Shown: positions 18,384-27,297, counted from the stretch's first letter. The stretch is 64,000 bases of DNA from Dehalococcoidia bacterium (GCA_963665075.1 OY762063.1:2539045-2603044), one strand, 5' to 3'. Numbers and translations: made by a program. Notes: generated from the sequence alone by a model not told the origin.

Positions 18384-20420
18384 TTATCCGCCGTCTATGG
18401 TTATGGTGTAACTGGCTGGTTGGCGGCTGTTTTCGGCAAGGCTGCCGACTACCAGAACCGCCTCGTCGGCGTCACCCAGGTTTGTCACTGATAGGCTAGC
18501 TTGGTTATTCTCATCAAGCGCGACTGGCGTCACCTGAATGTCGTCGTCCCGAATTTTCACCAGATGAACCACGAATCCCTGCGCCATCCGGTTGTCCGTC
18601 CGGTAGAACCCTTCCGAAGTCCACCCCTGGTTGGATGATGCGTCGTCGTAGAACCCCAACTCCGGTATCCACGCCGAGTCGACGCAGATGCCCGGCCCCG
18701 TAATGGCGTCGTCCGTCACGTAGTGGAAGCGCGCCAGCACAGTCCTCCCCGCGTAGGCCGTCAAGTCCACCGAGTCCGAAATCCAGCCGCCGCTCTCGCC
18801 CGTATAGCCCGGCCCGTAGGCGTTCTGGGAAGGATTGTCCGTGCTCGCAAGCGCGCCTTGCAGGATGTCCCACGTCGAGCCGCCGTCGGTAGAAACCTGC
18901 ACGTAGGCGTAGTCCCAATCTTCCTCGATGGAATACCACGCCGTGAAGTTGAGCGTCGCCTTCTGCATGCCTGAAAGGTCGAATTCCCTGGTCAGCGTCG
19001 TGCTGATAGTGTCGCCGTAGTTTCCCCACCAGCAATGGCCGCCCGTGGGCGGGTCTTCCGGCAGCAACCCAACCCTGTCGCCGGCGGAAAAACTCACCTC
19101 TGCGCTTTCGCCGTCTATGTCCAGCAGAAGATACCGCGCCGAAAACTGAGGCTGGCTGAAGGGGTAAACCCCGTCGCCTTTCAACACGTCGGTAGCGTCT
19201 ATGGAGGGCCACCAACGAGCGTATCCGTAGTCGCCGCCCTGCCTCGTTTCCGAGAGATAGCCGGCCACGGTCCAACGCCCAAACATGGATTCGAAGGACT
19301 CCCCCGCGCCCAGCGACTCCAGATAGGCGTCCACGGCGGCAATGCCCCGATGGTCGGCCCTGACCAGGGGTTCCAGGCTTGCGGGCGACCCCGCCTGCTC
19401 CGAAAGAAACTGGCTGAACATGAACGAGCCGCCGTAGTAGGGGCTGGAGTCCCGGTAGCTCAGCGGCCAGTACACCAGCGAAGTGGGCGCCGAATGGACG
19501 AATGCCTCCACCGAAAAGGGCCGCCAGCCCAAGCGGTACTCGGCCACCTGCGAAAGTCCCTCGTTCAGCCAGGTGGTCTGGCCGCCGCTGAGATTCCAGT
19601 TGACGGCGTGTTGAAGCTCGTGGGCGAGGACGGAAAGGTAGGTTTCAGTCCCAATCCGCAGCGCGGTGGGATTGATGTAGATCATCTTGCGCTGGTTGCT
19701 GTTCTCGTGCACCCGCACCGGATACTCGTCGGCGGAACTGTAGTAGCCCCCCAGTCCCCTGGTCGGCGCGTGGAGGATGGTCAAACGCTGCCCCGCCGAA
19801 TAGTCCGCACTCCATAGCGGCCCGAAGGAAGCCGATAGGCCGGGCAGGATTCTCTCTTCGAAAACAGACGCCGATTCCTTCAGCGAGTCGTCGTTGAATC
19901 GGACGCCCTCCTGCACGTACCAGTAGGCGTTGTCGGAAACGTGCTCCAGCCTGGCCTCTATCTCCCGAAACTCCACGGGTTCCACAGTGGCGAGAACCTT
20001 GAACGTGTCCACACGCCCTACCTGCAAATCCCCTGGAATCTGAGGCCGGAATCGGGGAATGGGTTCCTGGGACTTGTGGCGGAGTGACCGCGCTAACTCG
20101 TACAGGTCGCGACGGGGCGGGACGGGTACGCTCTCCGGTTCGTCGGGAGTGTCAGTGATAGATGGGGTTGCCGTGACAGCAGGCGTGGGGGTGGCAGTGG
20201 GAGATGGGGAGCCGTTGGAAGGGATGGGTGGTGGCGCGGAGGCGGCATTGGCGGCTCCCGGCGTTGAAGATGGCGGGGCGAGGGTGGGGGTTGTTGTGGG
20301 GGTATCGATGGGAATTACGGTTAGCGTAGCCGCAGCCTCGCGTGTAGCATTGCGGTCGATGTTGCAGGCGACCAGCAAAAGCAACCCCGCGGACAGTGCC
20401 AGCAGGACGGCCCACGCCAA
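18384..20420 (-). CDS. Lipoprotein zinc metallopeptidase (HExxH gluzincin-like) with a Pro/Thr-rich tether
   Basis: Signal peptide and lipobox ...LLLLVAC, followed by a PT-rich linker of about 70 aa. LAHELQHAVNW...WLNEGL provides HExxH plus a downstream Glu. The C-terminal ...DYAYVQVSTDGGSTWDIL resembles M6/InhA-type peptidases; that family call is tentative. Confidence 0.72.
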   Translation of the reverse strand: MAWAVLLALSAGLLLLVACNIDRNATREAAATLTVIPIDTPTTTPTLAPPSSTPGAANAASAPPPIPSNGSPSPTATPTPAVTATPSITDTPDEPESVPVPPRRDLYELARSLRHKSQEPIPRFRPQIPGDLQVGRVDTFKVLATVEPVEFREIEARLEHVSDNAYWYVQEGVRFNDDSLKESASVFEERILPGLSASFGPLWSADYSAGQRLTILHAPTRGLGGYYSSADEYPVRVHENSNQRKMIYINPTALRIGTETYLSVLAHELQHAVNWNLSGGQTTWLNEGLSQVAEYRLGWRPFSVEAFVHSAPTSLVYWPLSYRDSSPYYGGSFMFSQFLSEQAGSPASLEPLVRADHRGIAAVDAYLESLGAGESFESMFGRWTVAGYLSETRQGGDYGYARWWPSIDATDVLKGDGVYPFSQPQFSARYLLLDIDGESAEVSFSAGDRVGLLPEDPPTGGHCWWGNYGDTISTTLTREFDLSGMQKATLNFTAWYSIEEDWDYAYVQVSTDGGSTWDILQGALASTDNPSQNAYGPGYTGESGGWISDSVDLTAYAGRTVLARFHYVTDDAITGPGICVDSAWIPELGFYDDASSNQGWTSEGFYRTDNRMAQGFVVHLVKIRDDDIQVTPVALDENNQASLSVTNLGDADEAVLVVGSLAENSRQPASYTITIDGG

Positions 20421-20697
20421 AGGTCGAACGGTTGAGAATCTCCTAGCTATGGCTATCCGTCCTGGTCGCCGTCATCATTTCTTCGCCAACGTCCTTCGAG
20501 GTCAATCGATATACAAGCGGTTGCGGGCCAATCCCCGCACGGGCAATTATACGCCAGCCGCGCCTGTGCAGATTGCCGGAGGCGGTAAATGCCGTTGTTG
20601 CGCCCAAATGCCCCTTGTAACTTTCGCTGAAATCGCTAAACTATTGGGTGTCAGGTTCAATCTCTGACAGACAACGTAATCCACTGACGAACGAGGA

Positions 20698-20922
20698 ATG
20701 ATGAGCAACGAAGAGAAAAACCAGCAATCCAGGGGAATGACTCGCCGCGGCTTTCTGGGACGGGTGTCCCTCGGACTTGCGGCCGCTGTGGCCCTGACCG
20801 TCCCCGTTCGCAATCTCCTCTCCTCAGACTCCTCCTCCAAGAATCCCGCCGAAGATTTGCCGGAGGACTCCATCTTCCGCCCGGCTGACGACTCCAACGG
20901 CAACGGCCCCCTGAACACCTAA
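20698..20922 (+). CDS. Small (74 aa) protein with a twin-arginine signal peptide
   Basis: SRGMTRRGFLGRVSLGLAAAVALTVP is a Tat-type motif plus h-region. Third-position GC matches neighbouring genes. GAGGA lies just upstream. The mature part is only about 35 aa (acidic, Ser-rich). Confidence 0.45.
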   Translation: MMSNEEKNQQSRGMTRRGFLGRVSLGLAAAVALTVPVRNLLSSDSSSKNPAEDLPEDSIFRPADDSNGNGPLNT

Positions 20923-20929
20923 CCACCCT

Positions 20930-21010
20930 CCCTTCCCTTGCTCCCGCAAAAGCGGGATCCCATCCCCTCTCCGCTCACCCTGAGCTTGTCGAAGGGTCGA
21001 GCGCCCGCAA
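20930..21010. repeat. Mosaic palindromic repeats (module C then module A, reverse orientation)
   Basis: cttgctcccgcaaaagcgggatccc...ccgctcaccctgagcttgtcgaagggtcgagcgccc. Confidence 0.8.
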
Positions 21011-21261
21011 AAGTGGCATCTTCGTCTTAATCAAATGTTCCCGCACCTGCTATCCTTCTCCCATGAACTCACGCACCTTTACAACAGTACAAATCCCGTC
21101 GCAGCAAGTTGCGTCGCCTTCAATGGGATTCGTTTCCCATATTTTTTGAAACGAATATCCCTGAAAATTCCCGGATTTATACCTGTTTCACGCCCAGAAC
21201 CCCATTATTCGTTTGCCAAACGAATCCATTTCACCCGTCCCCACGCCCAACCGCATCCACC

Positions 21262-22965
21262 CTACCGCCGCCCGAATTGCCGCTCCAGGTTATGCGAGCT
21301 CAGGTGAAGCATGGTGGGCCGTCCGTGAGGGCATGTATGGGGGTTCTCCGCCTTCTCCAGTAGATTGATGATTTCCTGCATCTCCCGATGATCCAGGCTC
21401 ATCCCCGCTCGCACCGCGCTGTGGCAGGCGATGGACGCTGCCAGCGCTTCCCTGTATCCACCCAGGGATGATGCGTCGCGGCGGAGCATCTCCAGAACTT
21501 CCAGCAGCGCTTCCACGGGATCGCCCCGGCGGAATACGGCCGGCACCGCGCGCAGCACGTAGGATTCCCCGTCGAAGGAGTCCAGCTCGAAGCCGTAGGC
21601 CTTCATCTCCTCCGCGCCGTCCTTCACCAATTCCTGATACTCCGGCGCAAGCTCCACGGGTGCGGGTTCCAACAGCGCTTGCACCGACGGGCTGCCCCGC
21701 TTCATCTCCGCGACTATCTTTTCGTACAACACCTGCTCGTGGGCCGCGTGCTGGTCCATCAGGAAGATGCCGTTCGGCCCCTCCGCCACAATGTAGGTGT
21801 TCGACGCCTGTCCCAGTACCCGCAGAGCGGGGGATTCTACGGCCGGAGTGTGACCGTCGGTGTCACGCGTGGGCGCGGAGGCCGTTGGGCGCGACGCCAG
21901 CGGCGAGGTCACGAAGGAGGGTTGGAAGGTTGGCGCGCTTTCCGTGGGCGCTATCTGAATCTGCGGCACGGGCGCGGACCCAACCAGCGTCCCTCGGACG
22001 GCTCTCTGCACGGCGGAGAAGACCTGCGCCCCCTTTCGGAACCGCACTTCCGCCTTTGTCGGATGCACGTTCACGTCCACGTCTTCGTAGGGAAGATTGA
22101 CGTTCACCGCCGCCACGGGGTATCGACCCTGGGGAAGCAGCCCGTGATAGGACTCCTCCAGCGCCACGTTCAGCATCCGGCTCATCACCCATCGTCTGTT
22201 GACGAAGAAGGTCTTGTGGCGTCGATTGGAGCGGTGAAGCGAAGGCGGCCCGACGAAACCTTCGACCGATATTTGGCCGGTAGCGTCCTGCCATTCCACG
22301 GACAGCGCTTCCTTCGCCACCTGCGGCCCGTAGACGGATGCCAGCGCGTCTTCCGCCCGTCCGCTGCCCGTGAAGTTCAGCGAGTCGCGTCCGTCCACAG
22401 TCAGGTTGAAAGCAACGCTTGGGTAGGCCAGGATAAATCGCGAGATGAGGGTTCGGATGCGCCCGACCTCGGCGGCGTTGGAACGGAGAAACTTCCGACG
22501 GGCCGGCACGTTCTCAAACAAGCCCGCCACTGCTACCGACGTGCCGGAAGCGATGCCGATTGGCCCCTGACGCTCTATCCGGCCCCACTTCACCGCTACC
22601 TCCCAGCCGTTGGGGGAAGACTCCCGCCGGCTGGCCATATTCACGTTGGCGACGGACGCGATGCTCGGAAGGGCCTCGCCCCGAAACCCCAGGGTGCCGA
22701 TGCTGTCCAGGTCGGTCGCGTCGCCGAGCTTGCTGGTGGCGTGACGCTGGAAGGCCAGCGGCATCTCCTCCGCATCCATGCCGGAGCCGTTGTCAACGAC
22801 GCGGATGAGTTCAACGCCCCCTCCTTTCACGTCGATACGCACCCGCGTCGCGCCCGCGTCCAGGGAGTTCTCGATAAGCTCCTTGGCAACGGACACGGGG
22901 CGCTCCACCACCTCCCCGGCGGCTATCTTCGCGGCCAACTGCTCGGAAAGAAGCCTTATTGCCAT
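21262..22965 (-). CDS. mutL: DNA mismatch repair protein MutL (endonuclease type)
   Basis: AAGEVVERPVSVAKELIENSLDAG (GHKL ATPase). The C-terminal DQHAAHEQVLYE, ACHSAVRAG and CPHGRPT are endonuclease motifs. Confidence 0.93.
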   Translation of the reverse strand: MAIRLLSEQLAAKIAAGEVVERPVSVAKELIENSLDAGATRVRIDVKGGGVELIRVVDNGSGMDAEEMPLAFQRHATSKLGDATDLDSIGTLGFRGEALPSIASVANVNMASRRESSPNGWEVAVKWGRIERQGPIGIASGTSVAVAGLFENVPARRKFLRSNAAEVGRIRTLISRFILAYPSVAFNLTVDGRDSLNFTGSGRAEDALASVYGPQVAKEALSVEWQDATGQISVEGFVGPPSLHRSNRRHKTFFVNRRWVMSRMLNVALEESYHGLLPQGRYPVAAVNVNLPYEDVDVNVHPTKAEVRFRKGAQVFSAVQRAVRGTLVGSAPVPQIQIAPTESAPTFQPSFVTSPLASRPTASAPTRDTDGHTPAVESPALRVLGQASNTYIVAEGPNGIFLMDQHAAHEQVLYEKIVAEMKRGSPSVQALLEPAPVELAPEYQELVKDGAEEMKAYGFELDSFDGESYVLRAVPAVFRRGDPVEALLEVLEMLRRDASSLGGYREALAASIACHSAVRAGMSLDHREMQEIINLLEKAENPHTCPHGRPTMLHLSSHNLERQFGRR

Positions 22966-23011
22966 AACGCCGACACCTTCACGTCACAACCCCGATCGCC
23001 GCGGCATGACT

Positions 23012-23455
23012 TCAGGCGCGAACCAGGGGGCGAATATCGCCTTTGGCGCGGAAGTGGGCGTCGTCGGAGTGCCCTGTGTCGGCGAAGGCCGTTGCCGACG
23101 CCAAGACCCTTCCCATCGCCCCCTCGTCGTCGCCCTGCTTGTAGTAGGGTGGAACCCAGATGCCTCCGAAGGCCGACACCACCTGCGGGTCGTCGTCCAC
23201 GACGAAATCGGGCGGAAAGGGCAGCCCCAACTCCTCCAGCCGCTCCTCGTAGTCATACAGCGGCTTCTGGTACAGCCCGGACACGAGACCCTCCAAGTCG
23301 TGCCGACGGATAGTCTCCCGCCTGATCCCCATGCCGGACCAGACGTACACGCGGTGGCCCGATTCCGTCAGGGCGGTCATGGTCTCGCGGACGCCGGGAC
23401 GGAGCGAGTTGTCCATGCCCAGGATGGTCTGGTCTACGTCGAAGAAGATGTTCAC
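23012..23455 (-). CDS. HAD-superfamily hydrolase (small)
   Basis: Motif I FFDVDQT at the N-terminus and VVDDD near the C-terminal half; 147 aa. Confidence 0.65.
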   Translation of the reverse strand: MNIFFDVDQTILGMDNSLRPGVRETMTALTESGHRVYVWSGMGIRRETIRRHDLEGLVSGLYQKPLYDYEERLEELGLPFPPDFVVDDDPQVVSAFGGIWVPPYYKQGDDEGAMGRVLASATAFADTGHSDDAHFRAKGDIRPLVRA

Positions 23456-23469
23456 CGGGCTATGGGCGG

Positions 23470-23826
23470 CTATGCCGACGCCAGAACGGCGTCGATGGCC
23501 TTCTTGCCGCCGCCCACAATCAGCGTGTCTCCGACCCGGAACATCGGACGTCGGATGAGCCGGGGTTCCTGGGACATCAACCGGACCAGGTCTTGCGGCT
23601 CAAGGCTGTCCTTGTCCAAGTTCAGCTTGCGGAAGCTGGGGCTTCGCCACGAGAAGACTTCCGAGGGTGGAGCCAGCGTCAGAAGTTCCTCGATTTCAGC
23701 CTCCGATAGGGGGTCTTTGAAGAAGTCCCGCTCCTCGAATTCCAGTCCATGCTGCGAGAGCAACTCTCTCGCCTTGCGGCAGGAGCTTCAACGCGCCCAC
23801 CAGTAGTAGGTAATCTGCTGTGCCAT
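23470..23826 (-). CDS. ArsC/Spx/YffB-family thioredoxin-fold protein with an in-frame UGA (probable selenocysteine, U13)
   Basis: From ATG 23826 (AAGGAGA RBS upstream) the frame reads MAQQITYYWWAR-TGA-SSCRKARELLSQHGLEFEERDFFKD... The TGA at 23788-23790 aligns with the N-terminal catalytic Cys of the family. A SECIS-like hairpin lies 15 nt downstream. The product is 118 aa, typical for the family. Confidence 0.72.
23754..23772 (-). promoter_or_regulatory. Putative bacterial SECIS hairpin
   Basis: On the mRNA strand: GCGAGAG-AGUUG-CUCUCGC, a perfect 7-bp stem whose loop contains GU. It starts 15 nt after the UGA. Confidence 0.55.
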
Positions 23827-23869
23827 GCTTTCTCCTTTTGCGATTGGTTGTTGTGTCAAATAAGGTCAG

Positions 23870-26452
23870 TTAGCCCGCTTCCTTGGCCATCGATTGAAGC
23901 TCGTACAGCTTGTTGATGGCCTCCAGGGGCGTCATGTTGGTCACGTCCAGCTTGAGAAGCTCCTCCACCAGCGGCGGCGTAACGGAAAAGAGCGGGATCT
24001 GCTGGTGGCTTTGCGACGGCGGGCCGGCGCCGTTTGACTGAGGCAGGGATTCCAGGGTCTCCAGGATCTCCCACGCCCTATGGACGACGGTTTGGGGGAG
24101 TCCCGCCAGCTGGGCCACGTGGACGCCGTAGCTTCTGTCGGCGCCGCCGGGAACGATGCGATGCAGGAACACCAACTGTCCGCCGCTTTCGCTGACGGCG
24201 ACGGTGTGGTTCTGCACTCGCGGGAGGCTCTCGGCAAGCTGCGTAAGCTCGTGGTAGTGGGTGGCGAACAGGGTGCGGCAACCCATCTTCGGGTCGTTGT
24301 GGATGTGCTCCGCCACCGCCCTCGCGATGGACAACCCGTCGTAGGTGCTGGTGCCCCGTCCTATTTCGTCCAGAATCACCAGTGAGCGTTGGGTGGCCTG
24401 GTTCAGGATTGCCGCCGTCTCCACCATCTCCACCATGAAGGTGGACTGCCCGGCGGCCAAATCGTCCTGCAAGCCGACGCGGGTGAAGATGCGGTCCGCC
24501 ATGCCTATGGTGGCGGAGTCGGCGGGTACGAAGCTGCCGATTTGCGCCATTAGGGTGATGAGCGCGGCCTGGCGGATGTAGGTGGACTTGCCGGACATGT
24601 TGGGGCCGGTGATGAGAAGAAGCTGAGATTCCTCCGACGATAGATGCAGGTCGTTGGGCACGAAGGCGCCGGCGGGCAGGATTCGCTCCGCCATCGGATG
24701 ACGGCCGCCCTTGACTTCCAGAACGGGTTCTTCCACCAGGTTGGGTCGGACGTAGCCGTAGTTGTCGGCGGCTTCCGCAAAGGAGGTCAGGACGTCGGTG
24801 AGGGCGATGCCGTGGGCCAGTTCGAGAATTCCTTTTGCCTCTTGTCCGACTTGGGCGCAGATTCGCGAATAGAGGTCCTGCTCCAACCGCTGGATCCGTT
24901 CCTGGGCGTCCAGTATGCGCGCCTCGTAGCCCTTCAGCTCAGGAATGATGAACCGCTCCCCGTTGGTGAGGGTCTGCCGCCGTTCGTAACTGCTCGGCAC
25001 TTGGTGGAGGTTCGTCTTCCTGACCTCGATGTAGTAGCCGAATACCCGGTTGTAGCCGACTTTCAGTGAGCGGATGCCGGTGGATTCCTTCTCCCGACGC
25101 TCCAGTCCGGCGATGAACCGGCGGGCCTCGCGCACCGAGGCGCGCAGTTCGTCCAGTTCCTCGGAGAACCCCTCCTTCAGCACTTCGCCGTCGCCGGGGC
25201 TGCCGGTGGCGTCTTCCTTCAATGCCCCCTCCAGCAGGTCTTCCAAATCGTAAAAGGAACGGAATCGCCCGTTGAGCCATCCCTCGGTTTCTTCCCCTTC
25301 TAGCAATGGCGAAATAGCCGAAGACGCGCGCAGGCTTTCCTTCAGGGCGAGCAGGTCGCGGGGGGGAGCCGACCCCAGCCGAACGCGGCTCATTATCCGC
25401 TCCAGGTCGGAGATTCGCGAGAGGTGGGAGCGAATTTCCTGCCTTCTCAACAGGTTGGAGTGGAAGTAAGCAGTGCCGTCCAGACGACGTTCAAGGTCGT
25501 CCATGTTGAGAAGCGGCTGGCCGATCCATCGGCGCAGGAGCCGCGCGCCCATCGCCGTGCGGGTGAAGTCCAGCGTTCCAAGGAGGGAGTGACCGCCTTC
25601 GCCCCAACGCCCGCCGTCGAAGAGTTCCAGGTTGCGCCGGCTCTGCGGGTCGAGCGTCATGTACTCCGTGACGGAGTAGGTCCTGAGGGAAGTTACCTGT
25701 CCCAAAATCTGCGATTGGGTTTCGCCCAGGTATCCCAGAATCGCGCCCGCGCTGCCAACGGCAAGGGGCAAGTTGTCGCATCCGTAGGCTTCCAGGGTCA
25801 GCGCTCCGAAATGGGACAGCAGAACTTCCCTGGCTCTGGAAGCGATGAACTCTTTGGGTGGAAGTGGCACGGACATGTCTACGTTCAATTCCGTGAAGTC
25901 GTCGCCGCCTTCGGGGACGAGAAGCTCGGCGGGGGAGAGACGATTTATCTCCGAGGGCAGATGACTCAGAGGCAGCTGCGCTACGGCGAACTCCCCCGTC
26001 GTGATGTCGATGTACGCCAAGCCCGCCTCCGCGCCTTCCACCTGCAGGGCGGCCAGGTAGTTGTTGGATTCCTGCTCCAGCATTGCGGGTTCAACCACCG
26101 TGCCGGGGGTGACGACGCGCACCACGTTTCTATCGACTATGCCCTTGGAGGCGGCGGGATCGCTCAACTGCTCGCAGATGGCTACCCGGTGGCCGGCTTC
26201 GATGAGCTTCGCCAGGTAGGATTCAACGGAATGGGCGGGAATGCCGGCCATTGGAACCCGGACGCCCTTCCCCATGCTTCGCGACGTGAGGACGATGTCG
26301 AGAACCTGGGCGGCGAGCTTGGCGTCGTCGTCGAAGGTCTCGTAGAAGTCGCCGAGGCGAAATAGAAGGATGGCGTTGGGATAACGCTGCTTGATGCTGA
26401 GGTATTGGCGGCGAATGGGAGTCAATGGAATTCTTCCTGTCTGTAGTGGCAT
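23870..26452 (-). CDS. mutS: DNA mismatch repair protein MutS
   Basis: TPIRRQYLSIKQRYPNAILLFRLGDFYETF, Walker A GPNMSGKSTYIRQ and DEIGRGTSTYDG. ATG 26452 (MPLQTGRIPL) is preferred over the listed start at 26539. Confidence 0.94.
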   Translation of the reverse strand: MPLQTGRIPLTPIRRQYLSIKQRYPNAILLFRLGDFYETFDDDAKLAAQVLDIVLTSRSMGKGVRVPMAGIPAHSVESYLAKLIEAGHRVAICEQLSDPAASKGIVDRNVVRVVTPGTVVEPAMLEQESNNYLAALQVEGAEAGLAYIDITTGEFAVAQLPLSHLPSEINRLSPAELLVPEGGDDFTELNVDMSVPLPPKEFIASRAREVLLSHFGALTLEAYGCDNLPLAVGSAGAILGYLGETQSQILGQVTSLRTYSVTEYMTLDPQSRRNLELFDGGRWGEGGHSLLGTLDFTRTAMGARLLRRWIGQPLLNMDDLERRLDGTAYFHSNLLRRQEIRSHLSRISDLERIMSRVRLGSAPPRDLLALKESLRASSAISPLLEGEETEGWLNGRFRSFYDLEDLLEGALKEDATGSPGDGEVLKEGFSEELDELRASVREARRFIAGLERREKESTGIRSLKVGYNRVFGYYIEVRKTNLHQVPSSYERRQTLTNGERFIIPELKGYEARILDAQERIQRLEQDLYSRICAQVGQEAKGILELAHGIALTDVLTSFAEAADNYGYVRPNLVEEPVLEVKGGRHPMAERILPAGAFVPNDLHLSSEESQLLLITGPNMSGKSTYIRQAALITLMAQIGSFVPADSATIGMADRIFTRVGLQDDLAAGQSTFMVEMVETAAILNQATQRSLVILDEIGRGTSTYDGLSIARAVAEHIHNDPKMGCRTLFATHYHELTQLAESLPRVQNHTVAVSESGGQLVFLHRIVPGGADRSYGVHVAQLAGLPQTVVHRAWEILETLESLPQSNGAGPPSQSHQQIPLFSVTPPLVEELLKLDVTNMTPLEAINKLYELQSMAKEAG

Positions 26453-26496
26453 TGTACCTGAAAGAGAAGAGGAGGGAAACGCCCGGCCCGTGAAAA

Positions 26497-26526
26497 TTGA
26501 CTTTCGGAGAAATGCGTACCTATAAT
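26497..26526 (+). promoter_or_regulatory. Sigma-70-like promoter (TTGACT-18 nt-TATAAT)
   Basis: ttgact at 26497-26502 and tataat at 26521-26526, about 100 nt upstream of the 26628 CDS. AT-rich hexamers of this kind are rare in this GC-rich window. Confidence 0.55.
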
Positions 26527-26627
26527 GCGGCATTCTCAACAGGCGCGCGCGCCTTCAGACTGCTGTTGTTTCGAGGCTTTGCATTCGAGAGCCGAAGTCA
26601 GCATTACTAGCATATAGGAGGTAACCC

Positions 26628-27194
26628 ATGGAAATAGTCTTTTTGATGGTATTGCCCGCAACTCTTTGGGCCCAATCCTGGTATTTCCTGGACCTGTACA
26701 ACAACACGAAGACCCTTGGAGTGATGGCCGCGGCGGCGGCGATAATTCTGGGGGGAATGGTGATTTTCACGGGAGGGAGCTTCACCGCCCTGATTGGCGG
26801 GCCGCCGGAAGTGGCCGACGTGGGCGCCGTCCTTTCAACCTTCATAGCCCTCTGGGTTGTCTACCTCGCCATGCTGGCGGGGGTTCACCTGGGAGGGTTC
26901 GACGAGCGGACGCTGGGGCTTTACTCCCTGTTCCTCTCGGTGGTTTCCATCATCTACACGGTCTACTTCTTCGCGGGAGGGGAGATTCTTGGCGGCGCCC
27001 AGGTCGGCTACCTGATGCACTGGCCGCTGGCCATCGTGTCGGCGATGCTGGCGGTGTTCGCGCTGCTGGTCTTCTTCCACCTGGCGCCGCCCTATCCGAG
27101 GCTGCGGTACGTCACAGGCTGGTACACGCTGGTAATTTCCATCGTGACCACCATCCTGGCCGGCCTCATTCTTCTCGGAGTTTCCGTCTACTAA
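26628..27194 (+). CDS. Polytopic membrane protein, possibly an AmiS/UreI-family channel
   Basis: 188 aa with about 6 hydrophobic segments. The length, and blocks such as LGLYSLFLSV...FFAGG and the C-terminal ...ILAGLILLG, resemble AmiS by eye. The family call is tentative. Confidence 0.45.
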   Translation: MEIVFLMVLPATLWAQSWYFLDLYNNTKTLGVMAAAAAIILGGMVIFTGGSFTALIGGPPEVADVGAVLSTFIALWVVYLAMLAGVHLGGFDERTLGLYSLFLSVVSIIYTVYFFAGGEILGGAQVGYLMHWPLAIVSAMLAVFALLVFFHLAPPYPRLRYVTGWYTLVISIVTTILAGLILLGVSVY

Positions 27195-27245
27195 CGACGT
27201 TGCCCGGAACTACGGGCATGGAAGCGGCAGCAGTTTGACATAAGC

Positions 27246-27275
27246 GAAGGGGCCTCCAAAGTTGGAGGCCCCTTC
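27246..27275. terminator. Bidirectional terminator hairpin between convergent genes
   Basis: Perfect 14-bp arms gaaggggcctccaa / ttggaggccccttc separated by ag. Confidence 0.65.
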
Positions 27276-27297
27276 CTGGCGTGCGACGAGTCTTGCG

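Noticed and set aside
21010-21262. tRNA-Sec or another structured RNA gene, or the listed 84-90-aa ORFs, in the AT-richer spacer.
   Set aside because: I could not fold a cloverleaf with a UCA anticodon on either strand. The ORFs lack an RBS, overlap the mutL 3' end and have atypical composition. Only the palindromic half-site pattern is reported.
23788-23790. A genome-wide TGA reassignment (Trp or Gly), or simple nonsense pseudogenes, as explanations for the two in-frame TGAs.
   Set aside because: TGA terminates ordinary genes in this window (for example dnaG and the fused CoA-transferase). Both TGAs fall exactly on redox-Cys positions, are followed by hairpins, and have good RBS/ATG signals at the extended starts. 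The pseudogene explanation cannot be fully excluded without the sel genes.
26453-26539. N-terminal extensions of listed ORFs: mutS to 26539, topA to 13221, dprA to 14387, the Gfo/Idh/MocA gene to 46594, and the quinone reductase gene to 43837.
   Set aside because: The extensions lack homology-like sequence. They overlap neighbouring genes or a tRNA. Internal ATG starts with Shine-Dalgarno sequences give the canonical N-termini.
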